A DNA stretch of 60,121 nt, counting the filler, from Sphacelaria rigidula (Eukaryota): assembly GCA_964200075.2 (NCBI GenBank). It is 2 parts of 2 records of this genome, joined end to end, with 100 filler letters (N's around TTAATTAATTAA, not from the genome) between each part and the next. Parts side by side here need not be neighbours in the genome. Positions count along the whole stretch, not along the records: positions 30,124 to 60,121 come from CAXNAA020000070.1; 1 more part is not named here. One strand, given 5' to 3'. A model generated the notes under the pieces. That model saw only the letters and a list, made by a program, of their open reading frames with translations. It did not search any database and was not told where the DNA came from. Of the stretch, positions 46,401 to 59,983 are shown in pieces. Each line of letters begins with the position of its first letter. Position 1 is the first letter of the stretch. A program made the position numbers and the translations under genes.

Positions 46401-49400
46401 CACCACCATCCACACGCAACCTCTCTTTATCGTGCCTACTTGTTTTTCCCGCTTCTTTTCTTCAGCCTACGTTGTAAAGTGGGAGGTCGTCGTTGCCGAC
46501 CCGCCCGCGGTACCCTCCCACGCTGTGGATTATTTTCCGTTGCAGAATCCTGATCGTTTGACTCCGCAACGGCCGACGATGACCTGTGCTGGGCGCGCGC
46601 ATTGAAGTTCTCGCAACGCTTGCGTTGATTCTCTTGTACAGTCCCCATTGCTAGAAGCGCCTTGAGATGCATGATGTACACGGCAAACAAGGAGCGGTTG
46701 ACATCACCATGAACGTGGAAGCGATGTGCTGCATGTAGCTCTTGTTAAATTTAGCGCGTGACGAGATACCTGACCAGCAAACCTTCCGGGGTGGAAATTG
46801 TGCAAATCATGTTTGCTTTCGCTGCAAGGTGCATTTTCGACCCTAAGGAACGAAACACCTGCAAGTCTAACTTCCGTATGCAGCACCCGCCATCTCCTTT
46901 CTCTGCCTATTAAACACTATAGTATGGTTTTTGTGGGAGCAAACGCATGCGATCGAAAAACTTGGTGTATTCTCAACTAGGAATGTACCTATTGTGGACG
47001 GTATTTCAGCTGGTGCGCAAAGGCACGGGACTTACGACTTACCATTGCCTCGAGAAACGCACTCCAGCACAGACAACCCTCCTTTGATGCCGCCACGGAA
47101 GGTTCGAACTCCTCCAAGTGTTCTTCAGGCCTATCGCTAGCCATCCTTAGAGTAGTGGGATCGGGCTGTCCGTTTCGTAGTACGACATCGAATACAGAAG
47201 ATGCGTGCGATGTGTCCACTGCCGTTGTTGAATTATTCGAGAGATCGCCCAGCATCTGTGGGTACAAATACCATTGAATGGGAGGAAACCCGTTGTTGGA
47301 CCGCAAGTCGGGGGCCCCTTTTATCACACAATGATGTAACAGTTAGCCACGAGTTTGACGTCCTGCGATAGGAAAATTTGCCAAGTCACTACATGCTGGG
47401 ACTCTTTTTTGGTGCGGTTTGCGAGATAACACTAGTAGTATTCCACCACCGAGCTACATACCTCAATCACACGGTAGCATCAGAGCAAATTCGACGTGTG
47501 ATCGAAAACATTAGAGAGTTTCCGAAAACGCTTACTTGTCATTTCTGAGCGCGTATATATCTCAGGATCAGAAGGTAGCGAAAATTTTTCCCTCCGTCCG
47601 TCAAATGTGGTATCCCCCTAACTTTTTTCCCATGAAGGATTCTGAGATATTTACACTCAGGAACAACAAAAAAGCGTTTCCCGAAACTCTCTAGTGTCTT
47701 CTCACAGGGCAATACGTAACCGCAGATGTGTACTACCTGAGCTACTGCCGTAACATGTAAACTAAGGCACCCACACGTACCTGCAAAAACGCTCCGTGGT
47801 GGAGCACTCCTCGCGCTCTCCCACACGATTCCCACTTGTCGCTGTACGTATGAAACAGCTGGCGTAACACCACTCTCTGCGCGTACAGAGCTGCTAGGGC
47901 TGATCGACCATACATTACCTCCGGCCTAGTGGAAGACATTAGCAATATTCAGTCAAACAGAACAGAAATTGAATGGGCCATTTGAACTTTTTGCTCACCT
48001 AGTACTGAAATGTCATCGCTGTCGACCCGGCTAGCCATATTTGAACAGTAGGAGCGACATTCCTATTGATTGATCAGCACCTAGCTAGCTACTGGTTTAC
48101 TCGCATAGCAATTTTGTTTTCAGCGCGATATAAATATAATTTGAAGCTTCTTATTCTGAACAGCAGCCGAATCACGCAAGGCCGGTGAATACGCGGTAAT
48201 AATAGCCACCATTACCGTTCGAATGATCGTGTTTTCATCTGCAGCGGACTGTTCGTCGCCGTGATGTATTCACAACCGCACACTTGACAAAAAATGGAAA
48301 GACGTCGTGAGACATGTGGAATTGTCCAGAGATGCCGATATCTCGGTGGTAAATGATCCGCCACATATAAATCCACACTCACCGATACGGTGACAACGGC
48401 GATTCAAAGTAGTGTGTATTGGGACTGTGCTATTCGACCTCTGCCCCAGCGGGGACGACGAAAAAGAGTCCAATTTGCTCGTAAGAGCAACTGAGATACT
48501 ACTACTATATGTAGACACATATCGACATTTCGAGGAACAGAGAATAATGCAGTGACCACTTCGTCTCACGCTACCTTGGACTCCATAATCTAGGAGTAAC
48601 CTCCGAGACGAGTGGAAACACATCTTCCAGTAGCAGCCGGTGCATCGCACGCGCCGAGTGAGACCCGTCACCCTCAAAGTCATCCAACGGATAAGCTAAG
48701 ACCGCGATGTCCACCAGAATCCGATAGAAACCATCGAAAGAAACGATCTCCTTTCTATCGAAGACTACCGGGCCACCCGACACCCGTCCCCGATCTTTCA
48801 ACGGGCAAGGACGCGCGCCTTGCACATGTGCCGATAAAATCTCGGCCACAATGAAGGGGTCTATTTCTGGGCCCAAGTCTGGAATCCCTGTGCGTTCGAC
48901 GGTAGCGGGGTCCACATTGGGACAGTAGCCAGGAGATCCCATCCATCCCGCTTCCCGGCAGAGAGTGCACAGCCGAACAAGGAGTCCATCGTGACCTTTC
49001 ATTCCTCGGAAATACCTTGAATGTAAACAGAAGACAGCAGAAGCTGCGTCTTCAAGAAAATCATGGCAGCCGTCTCTGTCTGCTGCTTCATGATGGTTTG
49101 ATCGCTGGTCGCAATGTCTGGGCGTTCCCCCTGCTCCCACACGGCGCCTTGACGTCCAGTTACTGTCACACCCGGTGAGCATGTCTTGAGTGATAGTTGT
49201 TGATGAGGTATTGTGGTTTTTTATGTCGACCTCTGACGACTTTGGTCTTCCAGAAGCCGGCCTGTTGTGTGATCCGGATCCTCGTGTGAGATAATTCGTG
49301 CATGAGCGGGCTGCTTGGCTTCCTGTGGTTTTCTTTTGAACAATTTGGCCGTTCTTCTTGTAGTCGCTGGCAAAGAACACGTTCTCTGGCCACTTCGCAA

Positions 49401-50457
49401 GTTTCGACGATGATTTCGATATACACGGGGAGACATGGGCATTCACACGCGTTCGATTCAACCGTGCAGGGACCTTCTTGGTGCCACCGTTTTGACCTAC
49501 CGCGAAGGGGGCAATAGAAGGATCGCTCTGTCGACGGAGGGTCGCCTGTTGTGTCGTACGCGGTCAACGAAAAAAAGCAAAGCGCGCGTGTACGTTTAGC
49601 TTTTCCCGTTTGTACTGGAACATCGGAGGAACTTGGATAGTACAAAAGAGGGTGAACAGAATTTGAACCATCACTCCTCGACTGTGCCAGTAAACGAGGG
49701 TTGGGGCCTACGGCAACACCTCGGTCGTGTGTACATGAAAAGCAAAAATATTTTCTTTCTTTTCTCTCCCCGTTGCACTCGGGGGAGCTACTTCTCACCG
49801 GTTTCCGTGGTGTCTCTCTTATTATTATTATTATTGGTGATATTTCTTGTAAGGAATAGCAGGGACGGTATTGGAAAGGCGAGCCTACGTCTGTGACCAC
49901 GGGTTCGCGAGATCGGACTAATGTGCAGAAATAATACTACTACTACAGTACAGTAATAATAATTGTACTCAGAAACCATTGTGATGTGCTGGTGTGCACG
50001 AAGGAAGTCCTGTTTGCGCATCTGCTTGTTCAAAATACTACGGCATGCAAATACCGAACAACCGGCGTCGCTGTGCTCCAGAACATGTGAAGGCCTTCAG
50101 CTAGACTAAGCGAGGGAATCTCAAACCACGCGGTGAAAACACGCCCTTAGTCTGCCCAGGTCGCATTCACCTCCCGCATGTCGCAATATCTTGCATGTGG
50201 TGAAATCCAAAGCCAGTTGTTGACAGAGAAGATTGGGACTCCAATCCGTGTTGCAAAACAGATGGAGAAGGCCGACGAGTTTTTAAAGCATCAACGTTGC
50301 CATGTATCTCTTCATAGATGATATTTGGGTAAAGTCTCGGGCGGATGTCTCCCCACCCACCGCGAACAACAAGTCTCTCCCTTTGATGTTTGCGAGCTGG
50401 CTGAGGTGCCACATGGGCAGCACCTGTATCATCCCATATTACGCATGTTTTTGTCAT
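43490..50457 (-). CDS. Multi-exon gene of unknown function (helical, possibly degenerate EF-hand-like core plus long low-complexity region); 3' end unresolved
   Basis: In-phase spliceable exons 50457-50171, ~50037-49977, 49545-48576, ~47925-47780, ~47255-47043, then probably ~46739-46514, 46227-~44783 (476-aa ORF), ~44560-44390, ~43795-43470. Segments such as VSFDGFYRILVDIAVLAYP, LRQLFHTYS, GAFLQMLGDL, WSAFLEAMLHAA look protein-like; no family recognised. Confidence 0.6.
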
Positions 50458-52877
50458 AATCCAATGTAAAATGTCAATGAGGCGTTTTGGGGTTCTTAGC
50501 GGCACCCCGCTCCGTGATACCCGTAATTCAGTTCGGTGCTACTGAAAGAAGGAAGTGATGGCTTTTCGTGCGACAAGACACGTGCTGGGTGCGCTACAGA
50601 AGGAGAGGAACGATGTACAACTATCCTTGAAGAAGGCGTGGAAGACTCACCAGCACACCGATGGCTTGGCAAGTCGATTGTTGCTACTGTCTGTACTGAC
50701 CTACTCTTTGTTGCCTAGACAGGTCCCAAGTGCTCGCCTGCGTGTTCTTGTGTATCGATCGAGATGCTTAAGTTGTATGGGCCTGGCCCCTTTGCCGAGA
50801 GCACTATTTGTGTGTGCTGTGCCTGTGCGGCATGTGTGATGGTGGTGTGTGGAATATCTGAAGTCTTGAAAAGTTGTTTTCGTGCAGCAGGCACAGTAGT
50901 ACACCACGGGGCCAGAAGTAAAAGTTTCTTCAGTACATTCAGTACGTTTACTATCATCCCTTCTTCAGTACATCTACAGCAGCACCCGCACGACAGTGCT
51001 GCACTCGTACTTGTAATATGTCGAGCACAACACACCCTGTCAAACCTGTGCAGGCGTTGATGCATATTTTCCTACAAAGCGATACCGCAACTTGGTGCTT
51101 GTAAGGCAAATAATGAACCATCAAATATAGTGCTGCTCCATCAAGCACTAACGGGTGCGCAGTGCAGAGCAGTACAGTAGTTGACCGTCCGATATGTGAA
51201 GTGAGCGAGAGGTTAGTCACAAGACAGTAGTAATCAGGCCTACGACGATCTGTGCCAGTTACTGTAGGATTCTCTATACTCGTTAGCAGCAGCTTTTGTG
51301 CCTACGGGGGATTAGCACACAGAAGACGGGAGCAGTGAGTAATATCACAATGACCCCTCTGTTCCGATGCGGTGACAGAGCTACAGCCTGATGTCGTTGT
51401 TTGTCAAGGAGTAGCAGACCTTTGAGTCCTGCAACTACAGAGACCTTCCTTTCACTCCATTCCTGGCCTTGAATATTTTTGCATATGGCCGAAAACCATA
51501 TTATGGCAGTATACAGACGTCTGCCTCAGCTACAAGAGTGGTGGAACGTACTGCATACTGTCTGATCATGGGCAAGTGGTTGAGTGAATCGGTATTTCCT
51601 ATTATATACCGCCCCGTATCAGGTGGCACCGAGTTCATTGGTACAAGTCGTTATGAAATAATTAAACTCAAATCAGCTGTTTTTTCGTTGTTGTCCATGA
51701 TTCTCGAACGCATTTCACCCGGGATTTCTGTTGGTGTACACATTCGCTACTCAAGCCCCATGCACCACAGAGAGGTCAACACGGTTGAATTGTTCGGGTT
51801 TTTTTCATGTCGAGGCCCGGTCTGGACTTCATTTCCCTCCGCCGGCTGGCTACAGCCCAAAACAATACCGTATCTCGATGATATTTTCACAAGCACCATG
51901 TCACCATGAAGCAAGCTTACATTACACCTTCGAAAGGGAGCGGTGCTCTAGCACACGGGGTCGCACACGCAAGAGAGTTCCATGTTTACGTTAGCTGCCC
52001 TACGTTCGGTGTGTATAGTGCTTGGTCGTCTTCGCCTTTGCATCTCTAAATAATTGCTGGCGCGGCACCGACTGTATCTTTACCGCAAGATCCGCCAACC
52101 CTGGCCATGCCGTGGGCATCGCGTGAGAACTGTCTGTACGGCACCGATCAGCACGAGCCATCCAGAACAAAAGCACGACGGCCAACAATAGGGAGCCAGC
52201 AGCGTTGATGCTGATAAAGTCCTTTTCTCGGGGTTGTGCCGTCCGGGAGCATAAAACAAAGCACAATGACGACGATAGCACCGTCTTATCCCATGCCCGG
52301 CGCGTATCCAAAGCCGTGGAGGGTACAGGTTCGAGGAGAAGCAAGTTGAGCGCAAATGGAGACTGCAGCGCCAACCTCGGCCACCGCAACCATACCGCAG
52401 GCACAACCACGCTCATAGCGAACGTTTGGTACACCAACCCGCATAGAGAAAGACTAAACACTCCTTCTGAGGCCGTTGTCGTCCTGGATACCATCCCTCC
52501 GCAGCACGGTCCTGGAATGCGGCTGCGGGCGGCAGAAGGCCGGTGAAAACAAGTGTCACGGTGTCCATACTGAAATCAAGTTTGCGTTATGAAACGTGAA
52601 GGGACTGGTAATAATTTACACTAAATTACTTGAAATCAGTGCGTTATGAAATTCGGCTCGTATCCATGGACCCACCGCCCATCATGTACTCCAAAACTTT
52701 GTCACCTGCTCGGGTTTTTTTTTCCATCACATCAGTTCGATCTTTCTGGCTCGCGGTTAGCTCGAGCCAATATCTCGAATCAGCCTACAACCTTGTTCTG
52801 GGTCAAGGAAGGTACTTTGAACAGGTGAACCAACTTTTTATTTTCACAAGACTGACAATGAACGGCAGCCTAACTAC

Positions 52878-53191
52878 TCGAGCTCGGAAATTGCACCAGT
52901 CATAATTAATGGCTATATATGATTTTTTGGATAATGGTTTCAAACCATTTCTTACCGTTACCGGCTACGTATGCTATATGCATTTCTTCCAAATTGGCCC
53001 AAATTTAATCTATTTATGAGCTCTATAATAGTGACGCCATATCGCGTAAAAACGTGCCACCGGCACGGCGCCTCCAGTGGGGCCCCCTTTGCCGGGGGGG
53101 GCTTTTTGCCTCGCGGCTGCGCCGCTCGATGACCAAACCATTATTTACCATTTAATTGGCTAGAGGTTGGACACACCACTTCCGAGCTCTA
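52878..53191. mobile_element. Second copy of hAT-type MITE
   Basis: TCGAGCTCGGAAAT ... ACCACTTCCGAGCTCTA; interior nearly identical to 33085-33370 (GGATAATGGTTTCAAA, CGGCACGGCGCCTCCAG, CTTTTTGCCTCGCGGCTGCGCCGCTCGATGACCAAA); TSD degenerate. Confidence 0.85.
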
Positions 53192-53874
53192 CCACCCACC
53201 CTTCCCCCTCCCCTCCTCCTCCCCAGCTACTAAATTCGGGCCTGGAAAAAATGGTGTGATGCCTGGACTGAGATGTGTCACTCTTTGAGTTTGTCAGTGG
53301 TTACTCCTATAACCAGTTCAGTACAGTCGATATAATCGCTCTCCTCCATGCAGTATCTTTTGAGCCTTACTGAACCGCAGCAGTGAAATGCGGTGCTTGG
53401 TTCTGCAGCCCAGGCCAACGTGCCGTGGTGCCTCGGGGGTGGCATTGTCGTAACCCTCTCAGAATTCTCCCTTCCCATCCCCGGGTCTGATGTCTCAGAA
53501 TTCAGAGGCGCCCATGGTTGCGGAAGGATACGAAAACATACATAGCCATTGGAGGAGAACATGCAAAGCAAGCACCCCGCTGTGGTCGGGACAGTTTTGT
53601 TCTACAGTAGCACTCTCCGGATGAAACGTGTCCAAGTGTTTTTCACGTCACCTGCCCTCTGAACCCTCTCTGGTTTTCAAACGTTTTTTAGAGGAAAATC
53701 GCAGTGCAAACACTGATGTACCCCCTTTCGGTCGACTGAAGTGGGAGGTGAACCCTAGGCTTCCATTTATGTTGGAAACTAACCCTTGTTGCTTGTTTAC
53801 CAGTCCTTTTTGTCAGTCGACGTGGCATTTAGTATCAGTTCATGTGTTTCCGGGCAATTTGTGCACGCATCGTA

Positions 53875-54710
53875 CGAGTTGGGCCAGCCGAGAAGCGATT
53901 CTGCAGTTTGCAGGCCCATTATACGGCCAATACTTGGAGTTGGACCCTGAAATTTGGTATGGACAATGAGTAGGGCATAATAGAAGAAATTACTGGCGTA
54001 CACAATTTTTGTTTTTGTTTTCATGAGTTAGGGGCATTTTACCTATATTTGAAAACCGATTATTGCCCTTAACTCATGAAAAAAAACCCTTGTGTACATC
54101 AGTAATTTTTTTATTATGCCCTACTCCTTGTCGATACCAAATTTCAGGGTCCAAATCGAAGTATTGGCCGTATAATGGGCCGTTTAGTGATATGGTCAAA
54201 ATAAATTCGGAACAGTATTCTGCAGGCCATGTACGTGCCCACGGTTGGTGTTTGTGTATTGAAATCCTGTGCGGGCGCTCTCGAAGGCATAATTAACAAA
54301 GTAAAGTGGGTCAGTTAAAAAAAAAAAATCCACTGATTCAGGGCGTTTTACTATGAAGACCATATTTCACAAGAACGCCCTAACCTATATGAAAAAAAAA
54401 CGGAAGACCCTTTTTTATTTTATTCGGCACTCTTCTGTGGTTCTCCACACCAAAATCCGTCGTCATCCGCTAAATGCATGGATCGGGAGTTTCATTGAGA
54501 TTTTAGTATTGGCGCTATCTCCCTTAGGTATAGGAATTACTAGACACTAGGTTTAATCAACGAGAAAAAATGGGCCCAAACTTTTGAGCAGATGAATACC
54601 TCCCCCTTGATTGGACGATTAATACGATATGCGGATCACGGCCCAACTCGTTTGTGTCGACGAGATATTGCTTTTAGAGCTTGAATCCGATTTTAGGCTG
54701 GCCCGGCTCG
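53875..54710. mobile_element. Compact TA-flanked TIR element (same family as 8767-13805, opposite orientation) with internal ~200-bp palindrome
   Basis: TA-CGAGTTGGGCCAGCC ... GGCTGGCCCGGCTCG-TA; 53914-54121 folds back (GGCCCATTATACGGCCAATACTT / AAGTATTGGCCGTATAATGGGCC; TGGACCCTGAAATTTGGTAT / ATACCAAATTTCAGGGTCCA). Confidence 0.87.
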
Positions 54711-55059
54711 TAGCAGTGACCCTTTGCCTTCGTCTCTACGTGCAGGTAACTACTGACCGTCGAACAGTAACGGAAATGACGAGCACGATCGAAATCCAAA
54801 CGGGACCCAACCGGGCAACTGCTTTTGTCCGCGGTGGGTCTGATCCAACGGAAGTGCTGCATGCAGCGCTGCCGCCCCCGCCGTTAGTGAGCCGCACTTT
54901 TGCTGTCGCTGCCCCCCTCCCTCCATACTTCGCCTTCTCGCTCAGCCCGACTTGTCTAGCCTCGAACCGGCATCGACGATAGTATTTGTCTACTGAATCG
55001 CGGAAGTGCTGTACTGTGTACTTAACCGCACACCTCGGCAGTGCAGTGTGGTAGCGTAG

Positions 55060-58000
55060 TTGCTGTATTCTCTCCACAGCAGCTGCACGTCGAGCGGGTA
55101 CACCTATCGGCGCGGATTTGTTGTGCCGTCAGGTCTCAGTGTGCTCGAGACCGACGAGCAACTAAGACAGGCGAATGGAAGATTTCCGAGGCAGTGTTCA
55201 ACCACGTCATGGACACGAAGCTGGGGGGTAATGGCACCCGAGTTGGTTTATATACGACGGCAACGGCTAAAGTATCCCGCGGTTGCCGTTGATTCTGAAA
55301 GACGACTCTTGTGCCATTACATCACCACTTCTGCCCTGTTCACTTCCGCAGTTGTTTTGGTTGGACGCTGCCTCGGTAGTTTTGCAGTCGCTTGTCAAGC
55401 TTGGCTGGCACCCCCTGACTTGAGATTGGAAGGCGATTCACTCGCTCATCCGTGTATCTGCCTGCTTTTCTACGAGATCGTGCACCGTTATGAGTAGACT
55501 CCTGAGTGTGTGGCGGTCACGATTTTTCGCCTGAGTGCAGCAAGCATACAGTGAAATATGACGGCAAAATCCTCGTCCTGACGCGTGTACCGGCTTGACA
55601 TGGATTGAGTGATACACCGATCGAGTACAGCTACCGTGGAGAGCAAGTACACCAAAACACTGCATTGCTTAAGTCTGTGGTTTAGTATAGTTATGCCCGT
55701 TACTTGAGGCCTCACCGACCAAAAATCCGTGGTCGACAAATAAAAAAATACGCGGAGGGATAATGAAGACGTCATAGACTGGTTCGACCTCGACGAACCT
55801 CAGGCGAGCAGAACACGCGCTCCATCCCAAGTTACCTGGGTTCAGCATGCGACACAGCTGTGAATTTTTCATCGCCTTGTTCTCGACACAGAGCAAACCG
55901 GCCTGTGGCACTTCACACCCCCCGCACACACTAGACCTGGGGAAGCATGGAGCGGATTTGCCTAATTCGCCACAGCGGACCCGAAAAGCCCCAACACGTT
56001 GAAGAAAATGTGTCTTCAAAGTACATTTTGGGTTTGGTGCAGTGCGCGCTCTGGAAATGTGCGCCATTATTTGCTAGTTTCTGGTGTGTAGGGAGCACAC
56101 GCATCAAACCGCAGTCCAATCCTTCACTTGGTTGCCGAGAAAACCGCGTTGAAAGATGGGCACAACAACAAATTGCAACAAGAGGTGGCACGACAACACG
56201 GGCAGCAGTTTCTCTTCTCCTGTTACTGTAACCCTGTGTACCGGTGTACACCAACATCAGTCCTCGGGTCGGCAACCAAACCGTTGAAACTCTTGCGGTG
56301 CAAGCGTGAAGCCTTCTCAAGTTTAACCTACGAAACCAACCGCATCTGTTTTCATACATTCCATCACTTCTCAGCCGAGTTGCAGCTGTGAGTTGGCGCT
56401 CGAGGTTCACAGCGTTTGGGTGGCGAACGCTCTTCAGTTCCGTGTGCTCAAATTTACCATTACTCGCCGTGAGCTGTGCGCTACTGCTGTGTAGAACTGG
56501 CGATTTTTCTGCCGACCTGTCACGCCCTATCTTATATTTGTTGTTTCATCTGACACTGGGTGTCGCTCGTTTTCTTCGCCGCTGATCGTCTGCGCCACTC
56601 CTTTCATCCTGATCGCTTTGTCGAATCGTGCAGGTGACGCGCACGATGTCCCCGTACCAGGTGGATTTGTATTCAAGCTGGATCAAGTCTTGGCCCTCGA
56701 AGGTACGCTCAATGCACACTGTAGTAAAATATAACATTGATGTATGATGCTGTACTGCGTGTGGCCGTGTCTTCACCGTCGTCGATTTGGCCACATATCA
56801 CTCTAGAGTTGCATTTTATCGTGATTTTAGGCAGGCATGGCATCGACGGAGCAGAAGTATTTCCAGGGGGATACGTGCCATGGAAATTTCATGTAATACG
56901 TATTATGTGGAACAGCAGTCAGTGCTCGCCAAGTGTGTGGGGTTCCTGTCGATGATTGTCCTCGCTCACGGCCCTCACGGACGAGAGGTTGTGTTTTGCG
57001 ACGAAGCAGGGTTCGACATGACCAGGAAATCTCACAGCACAGTGTTGGTAACCTTATTTTGCAGTGTATCGCCACATGTAGATCTTTACGCAAGGCGACT
57101 GACTGAACAATGACCCTCCAAAAGTAAGGAGCCTAGTGGCTCGATTATGGACAGGATTTTCTTGCTCTGCACTTCTGTACTTTACATCCAACCATAGGAT
57201 GCGTTGTGCGGTGTCAGGCGTGTCTCTCATTCCGGGCTCTCAGTATTTGACCGGAAATCGAGGACGCACGCCAGGTAAATGTTATTGCCAGCATGGAAAA
57301 ATTCTGGGCTGCGTGCTTTGCTCTTCTTTTCGTAAACGTTCTGAATCATCTCGAACCGAATGAAAGTAGCAATTCCCGTGGCCTCCCATCACCATAACCA
57401 TCAAGTAGGCATCCAGTCGTCCTTTCACGGGGTCTGGTGTTGAGTAGCAGCCGCTTGGCTGCTTTGTTTTGATCTGTAGCGCTCCTCACAAACCGTTTTG
57501 CTTCTCCCTCCCCGCCCCCGCCCTTCTGTGCGCATGTGTTTATCGTGTTTGCTGTCGTCGATTTCTTTGAACGCCGGACGCTGCTTTATTGGGCTGCCGT
57601 CCCCGTGTTGTTGGGCGATGATGCTGTGCTTTGCAGTTGAAGAGCCGGTGGACAGAGACCGGTCCCGAGCTTCTTCTGGCCTTGTTTATGGGACCCGGGT
57701 TGATCAAGATCGCGAAGTGGGAGCACGAAACCGTCAAGTACGGCAACCGCGACTAACGCCAAGTGGGGAGTGGGATGTAGCCGGGGGGGGGTCATCATTC
57801 GCGTAGGATCAATCGAATCGACTTGGTCATTGGTGAAAAAATATGTTTGTGTTTCATCGTTGAGGCATCCCTTGTACCTTACCTCTTGGCGTGGATTTTA
57901 TTCGGGTTCTCGCCATGGGAGAGGGGGGAGCGATGAATGAAGGAGCAGGTGTGAACAGTTCTGCCTTGTTGTCTTGGCCCAAGGCGTGGCTCGAGCATTG

Positions 58001-58990
58001 TCGTCATCGCAGCTCAAAGAATTCGACTCATCGCACTGAAGACAGGTGTCGGAGCAGTTTATGGAGGGATTGTGTCGGTACATGTTCTGGGGAGTGTTTC
58101 GGTCCACTGAGGGAGGGGAATAGACGCGACATATGTCGGTTGCGGATGACGCCGGTGTGCACGTCAAGCGCAGTTTGATTTTGTGGGGGTCTTCTTCAGC
58201 TTGTGTGGCGTCTCCGTGGCGCTCGCTCGGGCAGTCGAGTGCCTACCCAGTGCCATATGGGCACGCAACTCCAAGAAGTGCTTTTCACAGCAGATCACCT
58301 GTCGAAACAGATTTCATTTGTGGTTTTAGCGCTGTAGAGACGTAGGCCGACAGCAGTCTGGTACTTTCGTGCAGTTTCTAGCATGTTCTTCCTCATGTAC
58401 GGTGGGCCATGATTCCATTGCCCGACATGCGGGAGGGTTGTACCGGCTCTACAGCAGGAATTAGGAAGTACGCATGTGACGAATTGAACCGAGAACGGAT
58501 GATGACCAAGCAAAAGCAACACTCGATCTTTGGTTTCGTATACCCAAGACGGTGTCTTGTGGGGACGAAAACACATGATCTGTCCCGTATTTTTCTCGTG
58601 ATTTCGATGCATGGAAGCTCCTTGGGCTTTTGAAAAGTGTTGGAGGACCTTGGAAACCCGTGTTTGGGCTGCTCGAGAAACAACCAGCGTGCAGAGAATC
58701 ATTCATTGTGACCACAGTGCATTGCTGTGGAACAAGGGCCAGTGTGTGAACAAGAACCCGCATCAGATGCATAGCGCTTGGGAACAAGGTGTCAGTTCGT
58801 GACAGATTGGGCTCCGGGTGCTGCCAAGTTCAGAATTCGGAGCAGTCTTGTTCAGAGCACCGATATGAGAAATATGTGTGTTCTGTCTCGATGGTACCCA
58901 TCATGGAGGGGTGTCTCAAACTCGAGGTTCCCTGTATCTTTCACAGTAATTAATTTGCAGTGGAGTACATGGAGAACCTTGAGTTTGAGA
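55060..58990 (+). mobile_element. Possible highly degenerate DIRS/tyrosine-recombinase retrotransposon relics
   Basis: Broken-frame motifs: GEWKISEAVFN..RVGLYTTATAK (55170-55270; resembles DIRS EWxL..F..xDLFA), YHSRV..G..WK (56796-56905; YR-like), APWAFEK (58617; RT-like). No intact ORF. Confidence 0.3.
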
Positions 58991-59023
58991 TTCTTCTATT
59001 GGCCGTTATTGCAAAACTTGCTA

Positions 59024-59041
59024 CGAGCTGGGCCAGCCTAA
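59024..59041. mobile_element. Solo left TIR of the CGAGCTGGGCCAG family
   Basis: TA-CGAGCTGGGCCAGCCTA identical to 8765-8783; no matching right TIR seen before the window end. Confidence 0.7.
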
Positions 59042-59471
59042 GAATTGACTCTGCTTGCTTGTTTTTCGTTTTTGCTTGTTTATCACCATGTTTGACACTG
59101 TGCCCAAGTGTTTTTGCTTATCACTACAAACATCATGTCCCGCCGCATATTCTGTCCATGACTAGCCTGCGCCGCTCTAATTTCAGGGACGAAATGATTT
59201 CTATCGCCACTACTCGTACGTGGAGGGAGTTGGTACCCACCATTTTGGACCGGATAGGTATCTCAAGAACACCTTCGCCCAACCCATTTGATTGATAAGA
59301 ATCCCGCACCTATACCCCTGGACAGGAATCATTTAGTTTCAAGCGCGCTGAGGAGGGGTGCCATTTAACGTTTTGGCCCGTACCGTGAGAAAGCGACGCC
59401 GCCACGGACATTCACTACTCCTACTTCACCTTTTTTCCGTCTATGACAACTTCCCGCCGCTCCCACCTCGG

Positions 59472-59552
59472 GGATGAAATCATTCTGTCCCCTTCCCGAA
59501 TACCCACAAAAATGGATGAAATCACTCTGTCCCCTTCCCGAATACCCACAAA
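59472..59552. repeat. 42-bp direct tandem duplication
   Basis: GGATGAAATCA(T/C)TCTGTCCCCTTCCCGAATACCCACAAA twice. Confidence 0.9.
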
Positions 59553-59983
59553 TTATTGACTTGCCCTGTACGGTACGGGCGACCATGCCCCTTGGGGAAG
59601 GAGAAGTACCAGTAGAGTGCGTATCGCGTGGCTGCAAGCCGTGCTATAATTTCGGGACTGATGTCGTTATAGCACCCCCCAAAAGAGCCAAAAAAGTTAC
59701 TCCTTCTGCTCCGTATTATGAGCTGGATGAGGACCAAATGCGGTCTAACACCGGTCTGTGTTGCTTCTTTTTCGAACATTTTCCCCCTTCGGTCTCTTCT
59801 CTTTCACACGGTTCGGCCACAAACACTTCTTATTTTTTTAATTTCCCTACAAAAAAAGTTCTCCCACCCCAGCAGAAGAAGGTGAACGTCGAAGTCTCAC
59901 TTGCGGGACTCTATTGCCCTAGACGGGGTGGTTGTGCCGCTACGAGTAGGCGAAATAAATAATAATGATAATAATGTGTCGGT

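Noticed and set aside
46231-46760. In-frame TAA/TAG stops suggesting a pseudogene or alternative genetic code
   Set aside because: Plausible splice sites (acceptors near 46740 and 46228, donor near 46513) bypass them; other genes here end in standard stops.
59472-59552. Direct repeats as CRISPR-like array
   Set aside because: Only two adjacent copies, no spacers, eukaryotic context without cas genes.
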